A stretch of 64,000 nucleotides of DNA from Candidatus Omnitrophota bacterium (GTDB taxonomy: Bacteria > Omnitrophota > Gorgyraeia > Duberdicusellales > 4484-171): NCBI GenBank assembly GCA_016935525.1, contig JAFGQU010000002.1, positions 34,560 through 98,559 of the forward strand. The letters are read 5' to 3'. This document shows positions 1 through 8,084 of the stretch, piece after piece. The notes under the pieces are model-generated. The model was given only the letters and a program-made list of their open reading frames with translations. It did no database searches and was not told the origin of the DNA. Position 1 is the stretch's first letter, and each line of letters opens with the position of its first letter. A program made the position numbers and the translations under genes.

Positions 1-219
1 AGCCCCGCCAAACAGATGGATGATAAATCCTGGTAACAAACGGGAAAATTGATGGGGGTCCATGCTCTGAAACCCCTCACTCATAAACGGAGCAAGTTTT
101 GTATAATAACTATACCCCGATACCATATAGATAAAACCGGTGTACCCCAACAAGATGACCGTCACGATCACAATAAGTATCGTACCACTCGTTTTAGGCA
201 CACCAGGCATAACTGACAT
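1..219 (-). CDS. Partial membrane protein (N-terminus; runs off the window start)
   Basis: Read manually: ATG at 219 with GGGGAG upstream; frame MSVMPGVPKTSGTILIVIVTVILLGYTGFIYMVSGY... stays open to base 1 and has a hydrophobic TM segment. Confidence 0.6.
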   Translation of the reverse strand, partial: MSVMPGVPKTSGTILIVIVTVILLGYTGFIYMVSGYSYYTKLAPFMSEGFQSMDPHQFSRLLPGFIIHLFGGA

Positions 220-329
220 ATCTACTCCCCACGGCTTCTTTTAATGTTATTCTATCAGCTATCATGTAAGAATCAAATACTACAAGAAGAGCCCGGCAAC
301 ACGCTTATGGTAAACAATCTTTCTCTTTT

Positions 330-1763
330 TTATCCTTGCACTTCACAGACATAATGTCTATGGACCTGACGGGCTACTTTTCTGAATTCTTCTAAACGTT
401 GTTTCCGCACCGCCGGCGTACTTTTCTCACTATACCAGCCATCAGGCTCAAACCGGATCCCCCAACGTTCGGGATTCATCCCCAAGGAAGAGCCTTCTTC
501 GATATGACAACCGGTTACCTGCGCAAAACTCTGGATAAACCGGGCATTTCGTTTCATAAAGACGATCGTCTTTTGAAAATCCTGGTCGGTCTCCGTCGGG
601 AATCCGATCAGGAAAAAGGTATTCGCGGAAATACCGGCATCATGAGTATCCCGTATGACTTTCTCTGCTAATCCCACGCTGAACGTCTTACCCATATCCT
701 TTAATATCGATTCCGACCCGCTTTCAATACCATACGCAAGAGAGACGCATCCCGCACGTCTCATTTTTTCCAAGAGACGAAAATCCATCTCTTTCCTCAC
801 AATAGCTTTTGCCGACCACCGCACTTTTAATCTTTTTTGTAAGATCAAATCGCACATATCTTCAACCCGGGAGATATCACCGTTAAAAGTAGAGTCTACA
901 ATCTCAAAATCATTCATCCTGTATCTTGCTGCCAACGTTTTCATGTCGGCAACGACTTTTTCTGCAGACATACACCTATAGGTTTTCCATAAAGGACTGT
1001 CGGCGCAAAAGGCACATCGGTTCACGCACCCCCGACTTGTGACTAAAGGAAGAGTGTCGGTAATGTATTTTTTTAATATAAAATCATCGAACACCGGAAA
1101 AGGGATAGAGTCAAGATCATGTATCAACGGACGAGGCGGCATTGCACATAATTTCTCTGTCGAAGCATATACTATACCGGGTACGTCATGAAAACCTCTG
1201 GTTTTATCTTTACGACGGCATATCTCATAAAGCCCATCCTCGCCTTCTCCATCGATAAGTAAATCAAACACCTCAAATAACTCCCGGTTGAGAGGGGTGG
1301 CCGGACGAACCCCTTCAATAAGGATCTTTTTTATCCGGTTTACCTCGGCGCCGCCGGCGACAAGGGTCATGTGAGGATTTAATCCTTTCAGTTTTTTCGC
1401 CAAAAGCACACTCACGTTCACTGTCGACATATAAAGCGAAAACCCTACTGTAGCCGGATCATCTTGTAAAATCTCATGTGCCCAATCGTCGATATGTTTC
1501 TCTATCACAGGATAGATGTGCCGGGAGAACAAATGCGGAATAATAAAATATTCGGGATAATTTAAATCCCAGAATTTTTTTTGCGGAAATATTTCATATA
1601 ACTCGACATTGAAATCAAAACATTTCACTCCGAGCCCCTGCCCGGCCAAGAAAGCTTTTAGATACGCCAAGTTTGCCGGGGGATGAAGCACGCCCCAAGC
1701 CGGGCACATCACCAGTACCGTTGCAATTTTCTTTTTCTTCCGTCGAAGCCATAATTTCAACAT
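330..1763 (-). CDS. B12-binding-domain (class B-like) radical SAM protein
   Basis: N-terminal cobalamin-binding-like region (VGFS...LVAGG, GEGE), TSRGCVNRCAFC, GIESGS, IGFPTET. Start placed at ATG 1763, just after the SGNH stop (ORF track start 1802). Confidence 0.88.
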   Translation of the reverse strand: MLKLWLRRKKKKIATVLVMCPAWGVLHPPANLAYLKAFLAGQGLGVKCFDFNVELYEIFPQKKFWDLNYPEYFIIPHLFSRHIYPVIEKHIDDWAHEILQDDPATVGFSLYMSTVNVSVLLAKKLKGLNPHMTLVAGGAEVNRIKKILIEGVRPATPLNRELFEVFDLLIDGEGEDGLYEICRRKDKTRGFHDVPGIVYASTEKLCAMPPRPLIHDLDSIPFPVFDDFILKKYITDTLPLVTSRGCVNRCAFCADSPLWKTYRCMSAEKVVADMKTLAARYRMNDFEIVDSTFNGDISRVEDMCDLILQKRLKVRWSAKAIVRKEMDFRLLEKMRRAGCVSLAYGIESGSESILKDMGKTFSVGLAEKVIRDTHDAGISANTFFLIGFPTETDQDFQKTIVFMKRNARFIQSFAQVTGCHIEEGSSLGMNPERWGIRFEPDGWYSEKSTPAVRKQRLEEFRKVARQVHRHYVCEVQG

Positions 1764-1767
1764 AGAT

Positions 1768-2835
1768 CTACCGAAGCCATCCTTGTCTACCAAGCTCTTC
1801 ATAGAGAGCTTCGGCGACGATTTGATGGCCTAATTCATTAGGATGGCATTTATCTTGCGCGTTTACTTGAAGCCGGACAGGATTATCTACGCGCTTTTGA
1901 TAATAACGATACATAAAAAAATAGGGGAATCTCAATTCTTCAGCTATATCGGCAAGGATGCGGTTATTAGGGAATCCATCGTAAAACAAGAGATCGGGAT
2001 GAATACATATTAACACATTAAATTTATATTGATCCCTCAGGCGGGCGAGTTTTTCCATATTTTCAAGAAGGATAGCCCTCTCCTGAAGAGTAATATCTTT
2101 ATTTTCGTGCCGAAGAGCAAAGATATAAGCCAGAGATATTCTCCGGCGCAGCCGAGGGAAACGGTCCATAAGGACTTGATACAGGTGAGAACGCGAAAGC
2201 GTATTCTTAATAAACCAACTCAAATATGAGTTCCGGGAATTGTAATATCTCTGAAATACTTTCAGTCTCTGTTTTTCTGTAAGAAAACTGTAATTATACC
2301 AATTATGGATACCGGGTAAAGGTTCGGCATCATTACGGTAAAAGTTCAGTATTACGATATCCGGAGAAAATTGTAACGCTTTTGTTCTCAGTGTTTCTAT
2401 CTCGGCTTCTATATTATATCCTCCCACCCCGAAATTCATGACTTCATAGCGATGAGGACCGGCCGAGCTGTTCTTTCCATTTAATAACGCTTCCAACCTA
2501 TCTGAAAATGTCTTTCCTAAACGAACCGACACCCCCTCGGTAATTGAATCACCCAGCATAACGATCCTTACCAGATATTGATCTTTCGTAAGGACAAAAT
2601 CGGTATCTTTAAATCCAAAATTGTTGATCCGGTCCCCATTTTCTATCGCATAAGGGGTCCTTTCATAGACGATCTTGGCGTTTCTCGACAACCGCCAGTG
2701 TGTTCCTGAATAATCGATGATATCCGGAGATAACCCAAAAAGACGAACAACCCCTTCTAAGAAGAGCATCGTAATAAGGATACTCCCCACGCATACTATA
2801 ATATTTTTGTAAAATCCTTTCATTATGGGATTCAC
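1768..2835 (-). CDS. Membrane-anchored SGNH/GDSL hydrolase family protein
   Basis: N-terminal TM helix, block I LGDSITEG, NFGVGGY, C-terminal DKCHPN (DxxH). Confidence 0.85.
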   Translation of the reverse strand: MNPIMKGFYKNIIVCVGSILITMLFLEGVVRLFGLSPDIIDYSGTHWRLSRNAKIVYERTPYAIENGDRINNFGFKDTDFVLTKDQYLVRIVMLGDSITEGVSVRLGKTFSDRLEALLNGKNSSAGPHRYEVMNFGVGGYNIEAEIETLRTKALQFSPDIVILNFYRNDAEPLPGIHNWYNYSFLTEKQRLKVFQRYYNSRNSYLSWFIKNTLSRSHLYQVLMDRFPRLRRRISLAYIFALRHENKDITLQERAILLENMEKLARLRDQYKFNVLICIHPDLLFYDGFPNNRILADIAEELRFPYFFMYRYYQKRVDNPVRLQVNAQDKCHPNELGHQIVAEALYEELGRQGWLR

Positions 2836-2916
2836 TCTAAAAGACTCATAGTGATCGACGATACCATCGATCTAAGACCGTTATAAAAGCGTACCTCAAT
2901 TATACCTTTATCGTAT

Positions 2917-2958
2917 AAAAATAAAAGAGGCAGACGTTTAACGGCCTGCCTCTTTCTT
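2917..2958 (-). terminator. Rho-independent terminator after the Lys/Ala peptide gene
   Basis: Minus strand AAAGAGGCAG...CTGCCTCTTT stem followed by a T-rich tract. Confidence 0.75.
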
Positions 2959-2977
2959 GCAAAATCTCTCAAACTGA

Positions 2978-3046
2978 CTATTTTTTCTTTGCTTTTTTCG
3001 CTTTGGGGGCTGCTTTTTTAGTTGCTGCCTTTTTTTTCTTAGCCAT
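2978..3046 (-). CDS. 22-aa Lys/Ala-rich, histone-H1-like micropeptide (MAKKKKAATKKAAPKAKKAKKK)
   Basis: Absent from the ORF track. Strong SD AAGGAGGT 6 nt upstream of ATG 3046, TAG at 2978-2980, terminator immediately downstream. Confidence 0.7.
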   Translation of the reverse strand: MAKKKKAATKKAAPKAKKAKKK

Positions 3047-3059
3047 CCTTACACCTCCT

Positions 3060-3467
3060 TTAAGGTTTAAACCGTCCGTTAAAATCTTCTATTTCGTCTG
3101 ATTCTTCTGGTTCTTCCCGTCCTCCCGGTTCCTCTAATTCTTCGAGTCCGGGCATCGTGAATGGTTCTGTTTCCATTTCAGTATCTTGAGCCATATCTTC
3201 ATCAAATATGTAAAAATAGTCCACGACTTCCTGTCCATTTTCAGTATTTTCAACGATCAGCTCGACCATATCTCCCACTTCCAGATACGCATATTGGATT
3301 AATTCCGGCGTAATAAAAAATCTCTGGCCGTCAACGATCAGGGTATGTTCGGGAAAATCGATACCTTCTACTTTCCCTTTCACTGATTGGGTCTGAGATT
3401 CAGCCCCGACTATAATCGAGAAAGGAATGATGCAGATCAGTAGCATCAAGCAAATCCTGCGGGACAT
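3060..3467 (-). CDS. Secreted hypothetical protein with OB-fold/DUF5666-like core and acidic tail
   Basis: SD AAGGAG, signal peptide MSRRICLMLLICIIPFSIIVGA, VKGKVEGID...LIVDG...LEVGDMVEL, E/D-rich C-terminus. Confidence 0.65.
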   Translation of the reverse strand: MSRRICLMLLICIIPFSIIVGAESQTQSVKGKVEGIDFPEHTLIVDGQRFFITPELIQYAYLEVGDMVELIVENTENGQEVVDYFYIFDEDMAQDTEMETEPFTMPGLEELEEPGGREEPEESDEIEDFNGRFKP

Positions 3468-3480
3468 ATTTCTCTCCTTT

Positions 3481-3672
3481 TTAATATTCGTCTCCTTCGG
3501 AAGCATCCTCTTCAAAATCATCTAAAGAATCAACATCCAACGCAGGCGGGTCTAATTCTATTAATCTCAATACTGAATCGCATTGCATACAATCAACGGT
3601 ATTGCCTATTTCTAAAAATTCGGCGATTTCAATAGGATGGCTGCAAATCGGACATTTCGCCTTCTTTGCCAT
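3481..3672 (-). CDS. LysW-like zinc-ribbon small acidic protein (63 aa)
   Basis: SD AGGAGGAG before ATG 3672; CPIC...IGNTVDCMQC...ELDPP and an acidic tail match the LysW layout, but it ends EGDEY rather than EDWGE. Confidence 0.7.
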   Translation of the reverse strand: MAKKAKCPICSHPIEIAEFLEIGNTVDCMQCDSVLRLIELDPPALDVDSLDDFEEDASEGDEY

Positions 3673-3838
3673 TTTCTCCTCCTTTGGATAATTGTCTTTT
3701 CTCGGTCTTATATCTTCGCGAACATGTACGCACCCTATACCCCAATCAGGCGTTTCATCTATTATTGAGATACTACTTTCTTCACCTCCTGTTTTTCCAG
3801 TTAATATATCTTTCACATTATCCCTATCGATCTGGTAA

Positions 3839-4198
3839 TCATGTACGGTTACAAAGTTTGATTGAGTCGGCATGGACTTCTTTCAAAGTTTCTTTATCTT
3901 TCGCAAAAGCTTTTACCTCTTGAAATTCCGAAGTGAGGAAAGAAAGCACTTTTCCCTGAGGCGAATCTTGATTTTTGTTGAGAGTATAGTAGACAAAGTT
4001 TCCCTCTCTACGGTCAGATACTACCCTTAAGAGTCTTAACCGGGAAAGATGTTTGGAAATAGTGGGTTGGTTAGCGGTAAGCGCCGCACAGATATCTTTT
4101 ACAGTAAGTTCCTGTTCGGTAAGAAGATTAATGATTCTCAGGCGGGTATCATCAGCACAGGCTTTTAATGTTTGCCGTAATGCTCTTAAACTCATCAT
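3839..4198 (-). CDS. ArsR/SmtB-family transcriptional regulator
   Basis: LKACADDTRLRIINLL...QPTISKHLSRLR...RREGNFVYY winged HTH. Confidence 0.9.
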   Translation of the reverse strand: MMSLRALRQTLKACADDTRLRIINLLTEQELTVKDICAALTANQPTISKHLSRLRLLRVVSDRREGNFVYYTLNKNQDSPQGKVLSFLTSEFQEVKAFAKDKETLKEVHADSIKLCNRT

Positions 4199-4204
4199 TT
4201 TTTA

Positions 4205-4266
4205 ATATATGAATATATTGGCATATACTCATATATAAATATATCAAGCAAAATAAGCCCTGTCAA
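4205..4266 (-). promoter_or_regulatory. Sigma70 promoter plus ArsR-type operator palindrome
   Basis: TTGACA (4266-4261), 17-nt spacer, TATATT (4243-4238). 14-4-14 inverted repeat ATATATGAATATAT-tggc-ATATACTCATATAT (one mismatch) at 4205-4236. Confidence 0.8.
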
Positions 4267-4317
4267 CACATTATTTGTCATTTCTTATAAAAAAGGAACG
4301 ACAACGGAAGGGATCAT

Positions 4318-4578
4318 TCAGTCGCCTTTACGATACATCAACACGACAACCGCGACCATCGTAAACAGGATGAGGTTCATGATATTGAACGCGCGCCAGA
4401 CAAGATCGGTTGAACGAAACGCTTGAGGAGCCATCAACAGGAAACAGATCCATACCCCTAACACCCAATAAATACTTATATCTCGCGACGATTTCCTTTG
4501 TAGAATCCTCACGATAAGCGGTATATTCCATAGCGGTAACACGATCGCTGCGATCAAGGCAATTTTATCGGTAATCAT
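4318..4578 (-). CDS. PQ-loop/SemiSWEET-like small membrane transporter
   Basis: SD AGGAGGAG before ATG 4578; three TM helices; IPLIVRILQRKSSRDIS resembles the PQ-loop/SemiSWEET motif. Confidence 0.7.
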   Translation of the reverse strand: MITDKIALIAAIVLPLWNIPLIVRILQRKSSRDISIYWVLGVWICFLLMAPQAFRSTDLVWRAFNIMNLILFTMVAVVVLMYRKGD

Positions 4579-4595
4579 ACTCCTCCTATTGTATA

Positions 4596-5384
4596 CTAAA
4601 AATCGCTTTTTACACACAAATCATCAAGAGCGACTTCAGGATGCCGGTACCGTTTTCTTCCTATCGTACTCTTTTTATATTGAATCGCTTCCTGAGGACA
4701 CCATTGTAAACAGGCAAAACATTGTTCGCATCGATTAAGCCATTTCGGTTTACCGGAGATAAGTTCGATATTCCGTACCGGACAGACTTTCACACAGATA
4801 CCGCAACTATTACATTGCTCATCCGCCCAGAAATTTTTGTCCGCAGAACGGATCTGAGACGAACCAAGTTTATAGATCCCGGAAAAAAGCCAGTTGGTCA
4901 ACCGGGAATTATGTTCGATGGGATGTGATTGCTTTCTACGGATAATACCAACGATATTTTTTATTTTCTTTTTTTCTTTCTCAAAAAGAGCATTCTGTTT
5001 ATCAGCGGGGATAGCTTCATAAAGCGGGGTATAATTCCCCGGCATAGGGATGATGAATCCGGCCGATAATTTTATGCCGCTCCTCTTACATTCCCGGTAG
5101 GTCTGCCCTAACGCGTTCGCCGCCATCCCGCCGCAGGTCGCGATCGCGAAAATATACTTGTCTTCTCCTCCCTTCATTTTTTTGATAAACCGGCTCACGA
5201 TCAGCGGCATGCCGAACATATAGACCGGATAGATAATACCGATACATTCTGAAGTTACATTAATGTCTCGATCGATCGCCCCAGCGATGGCAATAATCTG
5301 AGTATCACCCAGTTCATCCGCAAGATCTCGGGCTACTTTCAAACTATTTCCTGTGCCGGAAAAGTAAAACAATGTCGTTTTCAT
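4596..5384 (-). CDS. EFR1-family ferredoxin (flavodoxin-like domain plus 2x[4Fe-4S])
   Basis: YFSGTGNS, IIYPVY, MPGNY, CNSCGICVKVCP and CEQCFACLQWCP, RYRHP. Confidence 0.9.
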   Translation of the reverse strand: MKTTLFYFSGTGNSLKVARDLADELGDTQIIAIAGAIDRDINVTSECIGIIYPVYMFGMPLIVSRFIKKMKGGEDKYIFAIATCGGMAANALGQTYRECKRSGIKLSAGFIIPMPGNYTPLYEAIPADKQNALFEKEKKKIKNIVGIIRRKQSHPIEHNSRLTNWLFSGIYKLGSSQIRSADKNFWADEQCNSCGICVKVCPVRNIELISGKPKWLNRCEQCFACLQWCPQEAIQYKKSTIGRKRYRHPEVALDDLCVKSDF

Positions 5385-5447
5385 CGGTAGCATTTTACAA
5401 TATTCGGTACGGCGAGTCAATTCGCAAACGGCAAGCTATATTTGTTT

Positions 5448-5483
5448 TAACGTGTGACCTTGTGACGTGTGTCGTGTAACGTG
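5448..5483. repeat. Degenerate ~7-nt tandem repeat (5 units)
   Basis: taacgtg/tgaccttg/tgacgtg/tgtcgtg/taacgtg. Confidence 0.6.
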
Positions 5484-5492
5484 AAGAAAACA

Positions 5493-5566
5493 TGGCGGCG
5501 AGTGGACTTGAACCACCGACGCAACGGGTATGAGCCGTTTGCTCTACCGGCCTGAGCTACGCCGCC
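5493..5566 (-). tRNA. tRNA-Met(CAT), probably elongator; CCA not encoded
   Basis: GGCGGCGTAGCTCAG...AACGG CT CAT AC CCGTT...GGTTCAAGTCC...CGCCGCCA. The paired G1-C72 argues against an initiator; Ile2 is not formally excluded. Confidence 0.92.
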
Positions 5567-5752
5567 GATATTCGTAATGCGAAATGCGTACATTCCCACA
5601 TAAAAATTCTTTTTAAATTATACCACCGATACCTGAAAAATCTATATGATTTTGAGTGCTCTTTTGAAGGAAAATAAGGTTGGCGTTATCCGTAAAAGGC
5701 TAAAAACACCCTGCTTTAATTTTTTAAATTCCTTCTGCGAGTTTTTAATGGC

Positions 5753-6079
5753 TCATCCCTTAAGGATAAGCCATACTAATACCACGATAATCGCAGTAGA
5801 AATGATATAGAAATCGTTAAAGTAGAGCGTTTCACGAATTTTTTCTTTCACGGTAACCGTCGGGGTCCTTAAATTAAACCGCCCCTGGATCTCGCTTTTA
5901 ATCTTTACTATATCTTCGCGTTTAAAACGCAAGAATTCTCCGGCAACACGATAGTGGGGGATCTTATTTTCCTGGCTGAGCTCGATCACGTCTTTTTCAG
6001 AAAGCCCCAGGACCTGCGCCGCTTCGCGTGTAGTCAATAAATTACCGGAAATCTTTTTCAACGATTCTGTTCTACCCAT
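5753..6079 (-). CDS. Excisionase-like HTH (HTH_17) protein with C-terminal TM helix
   Basis: LLTTREAAQVLGLS...KIPHYRVAGEFLRF and a hydrophobic C-terminus IISTAIIVVLVWLILKG. Confidence 0.8.
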   Translation of the reverse strand: MGRTESLKKISGNLLTTREAAQVLGLSEKDVIELSQENKIPHYRVAGEFLRFKREDIVKIKSEIQGRFNLRTPTVTVKEKIRETLYFNDFYIISTAIIVVLVWLILKG

Positions 6080-6549
6080 AGTTCTAGTTCTCTCCTGTCA
6101 AACACCAGTTCGCTGCCTTCTTTTTGTGCGGGAAGTTTTCCACTGTTTGCCCATTCTACGATCTTCTCGGTATCTACAGAAAGGTATTCCGATAATTCCG
6201 AAAGGGTGAGACGTTCAGTGTACATCTTGCATTTCCCGTTCATCACCGCACCTTCCTGTACCGATAACCGGATCGTTTCTATATCGCCGAACACATTTGC
6301 GGTTGAGGTCAAAGAGATCGTCCCGGTTGCCTTGATATTCCCGCGTACTAATCCGGATATCACGACATCTTCTCCTTCGATATCGGCAGTCACTTTTGCA
6401 TCTTCGCCGATAATAAGGTTCCCTTTTGCTTTCAAGTTCCCTTCGAACTTCCCGTTAATACGCAAATTGACCGGTTCGGAAAATACCATTGTCCCTTGCA
6501 TCGCAGCATTTACATCAAGAATTTTCTCATCATCTCTTTTACGTGCCAT
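6058..6549 (-). CDS. Bactofilin (CcmA-like) fused to a C-terminal HTH_17 domain
   Basis: Beta-helix motif LRINGKFEGNL...LIIGEDAKVTADI...GAVMNGKC, followed by LTLSELSEYLSV...WANSGKLPA...VFDRRELELW. Confidence 0.85.
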   Translation of the reverse strand: MARKRDDEKILDVNAAMQGTMVFSEPVNLRINGKFEGNLKAKGNLIIGEDAKVTADIEGEDVVISGLVRGNIKATGTISLTSTANVFGDIETIRLSVQEGAVMNGKCKMYTERLTLSELSEYLSVDTEKIVEWANSGKLPAQKEGSELVFDRRELELWVEQNR

Positions 6550-6642
6550 TCTATTTCACCCCCTCTCTTAATGAATATTCATCTTCCTACAAAACTATAC
6601 TAAAATCAACCCATTCTTTCTGTCTGGTTAAGATCAAACGGG

Positions 6643-7092
6643 TCATGTATCGGATTTGTCTTTTTGCAGTCTGGGCTCAAAAAAGCTTAAACAGAATAAT
6701 GTCAGAAAAGCAATGAGCGTAGTCACGACCGCCCCCGAAATAAATCCGCAGCCAACGGCTAACCCTATGGCCGCACTCACCCAGATACTGGCGGCAGTAG
6801 TAAGCCCCATGACTCCTGTCCGCGAACGGATGATCGTTCCGGCACCTAAAAATCCTATACCGGTCACGACCCCGGAAGCGATCCTCGCCGGATCAAGGGA
6901 GCCTTCATGTTTAAAAAGCTCATAAATGTAGATAGATACGAGCATGATCAACGCCGAGCCCGTACATACCAAAATATGGGTACGCAATCCGGCATCACGG
7001 CCTTTACGTTCCCGTTCCAGGCCTAAAATGCTGCCTAACACAAAAGCCAGGCCTAACCGGATACACACCACTTTAAATCCAAAATCCATCAA
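6643..7092 (-). CDS. MgtC/SapB family membrane protein
   Basis: GLERE...AGLRTH, DPARIASGVVTGIGFLGAG, GLTTAASIW. Confidence 0.92.
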   Translation of the reverse strand: MMDFGFKVVCIRLGLAFVLGSILGLERERKGRDAGLRTHILVCTGSALIMLVSIYIYELFKHEGSLDPARIASGVVTGIGFLGAGTIIRSRTGVMGLTTAASIWVSAAIGLAVGCGFISGAVVTTLIAFLTLFCLSFFEPRLQKDKSDT

Positions 7093-8081
7093 TTAGTCTC
7101 CACTTCAAGATCTAAAGAACTGGTATTTTTTTTATCATTATACAGATAAAACGCGAGTCCTGCAACCATAGCCGCATTATCGGCAGTATACCGTTTTTGC
7201 GGTACATAGAGCCTTGTTCCGGTCTCTTTTGCTTTCTCATTAAGACAGGACCTTAATCGTAAATTAGCAGTAACTCCTCCTCCGCATATAATCGTTTTTA
7301 TCTTATGGGCGGCGGCGGCGGCAAATACATTCTCGACCAGTGTCGTCACTACACTTTCCTGAAACGAAGACAAGATCTTTATCGTTTCGTCTCTGGTCAA
7401 CCGGTGTGCCTTTTCTAACTCCATTTTTTTATAGATAACTGCCGTTTTTATTCCGCTGAAACTAAAACCCAATCCGATCCGGGGACAACGAAAACGATAA
7501 CTGTCCGCCCATTGAGCTTGATAAAGGGCATCGATATATCCGCCCCCCGGATACCCTAATCCGAACGAACGAGCTATCTTATCATAGACTTCGCCGCAGG
7601 CGTCATCGCGGGTCTCTCCGAGCAATGTGATATCATCAAAATCTTTTACTAAAAAAATGTCGGTATGCCCGCCGGATACTACAAGGCCGATACATGGTAA
7701 AGGGATCTTTTTCGGATAATCGAGAAACGGCGAAAAAAGATGGGCATGAAGGTGATTGACTCCTAAAAAAGGGATCTTACAAGAAACACTCAAAGCCTTG
7801 GCAAAATTCACGCCGATCACCAGTGCCCCCCTTAATCCCGGACGGTACGTAGCGGCAATGACCGATATATCATGTAACCTTACCCGCGCTTTTTTAAGCG
7901 CCTGACAGCATACGCTATCGATGAACTGCAGATGGTTACGGGTAGCGATCTCCGGGATAACCCCTCCATAACGTTTATGATAGTTAAGCGAAGATACGGT
8001 CACAACCGACCGTACCCGCTGGCCGGATACAACTGCGCAGGAAGTCTCATCACAAGAAGTTTCGATACCGAGAGAGTACAT
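7089..8081 (-). CDS. tsaD: tRNA N6-adenosine threonylcarbamoyltransferase
   Basis: LGIETSCDET, YGGVIPEIA, NHLHAH, VSGGHT, DDACGE, FSFSGIKT, DNAAMVA. Confidence 0.95.
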   Translation of the reverse strand: MYSLGIETSCDETSCAVVSGQRVRSVVTVSSLNYHKRYGGVIPEIATRNHLQFIDSVCCQALKKARVRLHDISVIAATYRPGLRGALVIGVNFAKALSVSCKIPFLGVNHLHAHLFSPFLDYPKKIPLPCIGLVVSGGHTDIFLVKDFDDITLLGETRDDACGEVYDKIARSFGLGYPGGGYIDALYQAQWADSYRFRCPRIGLGFSFSGIKTAVIYKKMELEKAHRLTRDETIKILSSFQESVVTTLVENVFAAAAAHKIKTIICGGGVTANLRLRSCLNEKAKETGTRLYVPQKRYTADNAAMVAGLAFYLYNDKKNTSSLDLEVETN

Positions 8082-8084
8082 TGC

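Noticed and set aside
3673-3873. N-terminal extension of the zinc-ribbon ORF given in the ORF track
   Set aside because: It overlaps arsR, and a strong SD precedes ATG 3672
5753-6549. Prophage or ICE excisionases next to tRNA-Met
   Set aside because: No integrase, att duplication or phage genes; the HTHs are fused to bactofilin or a TM helix within a housekeeping string
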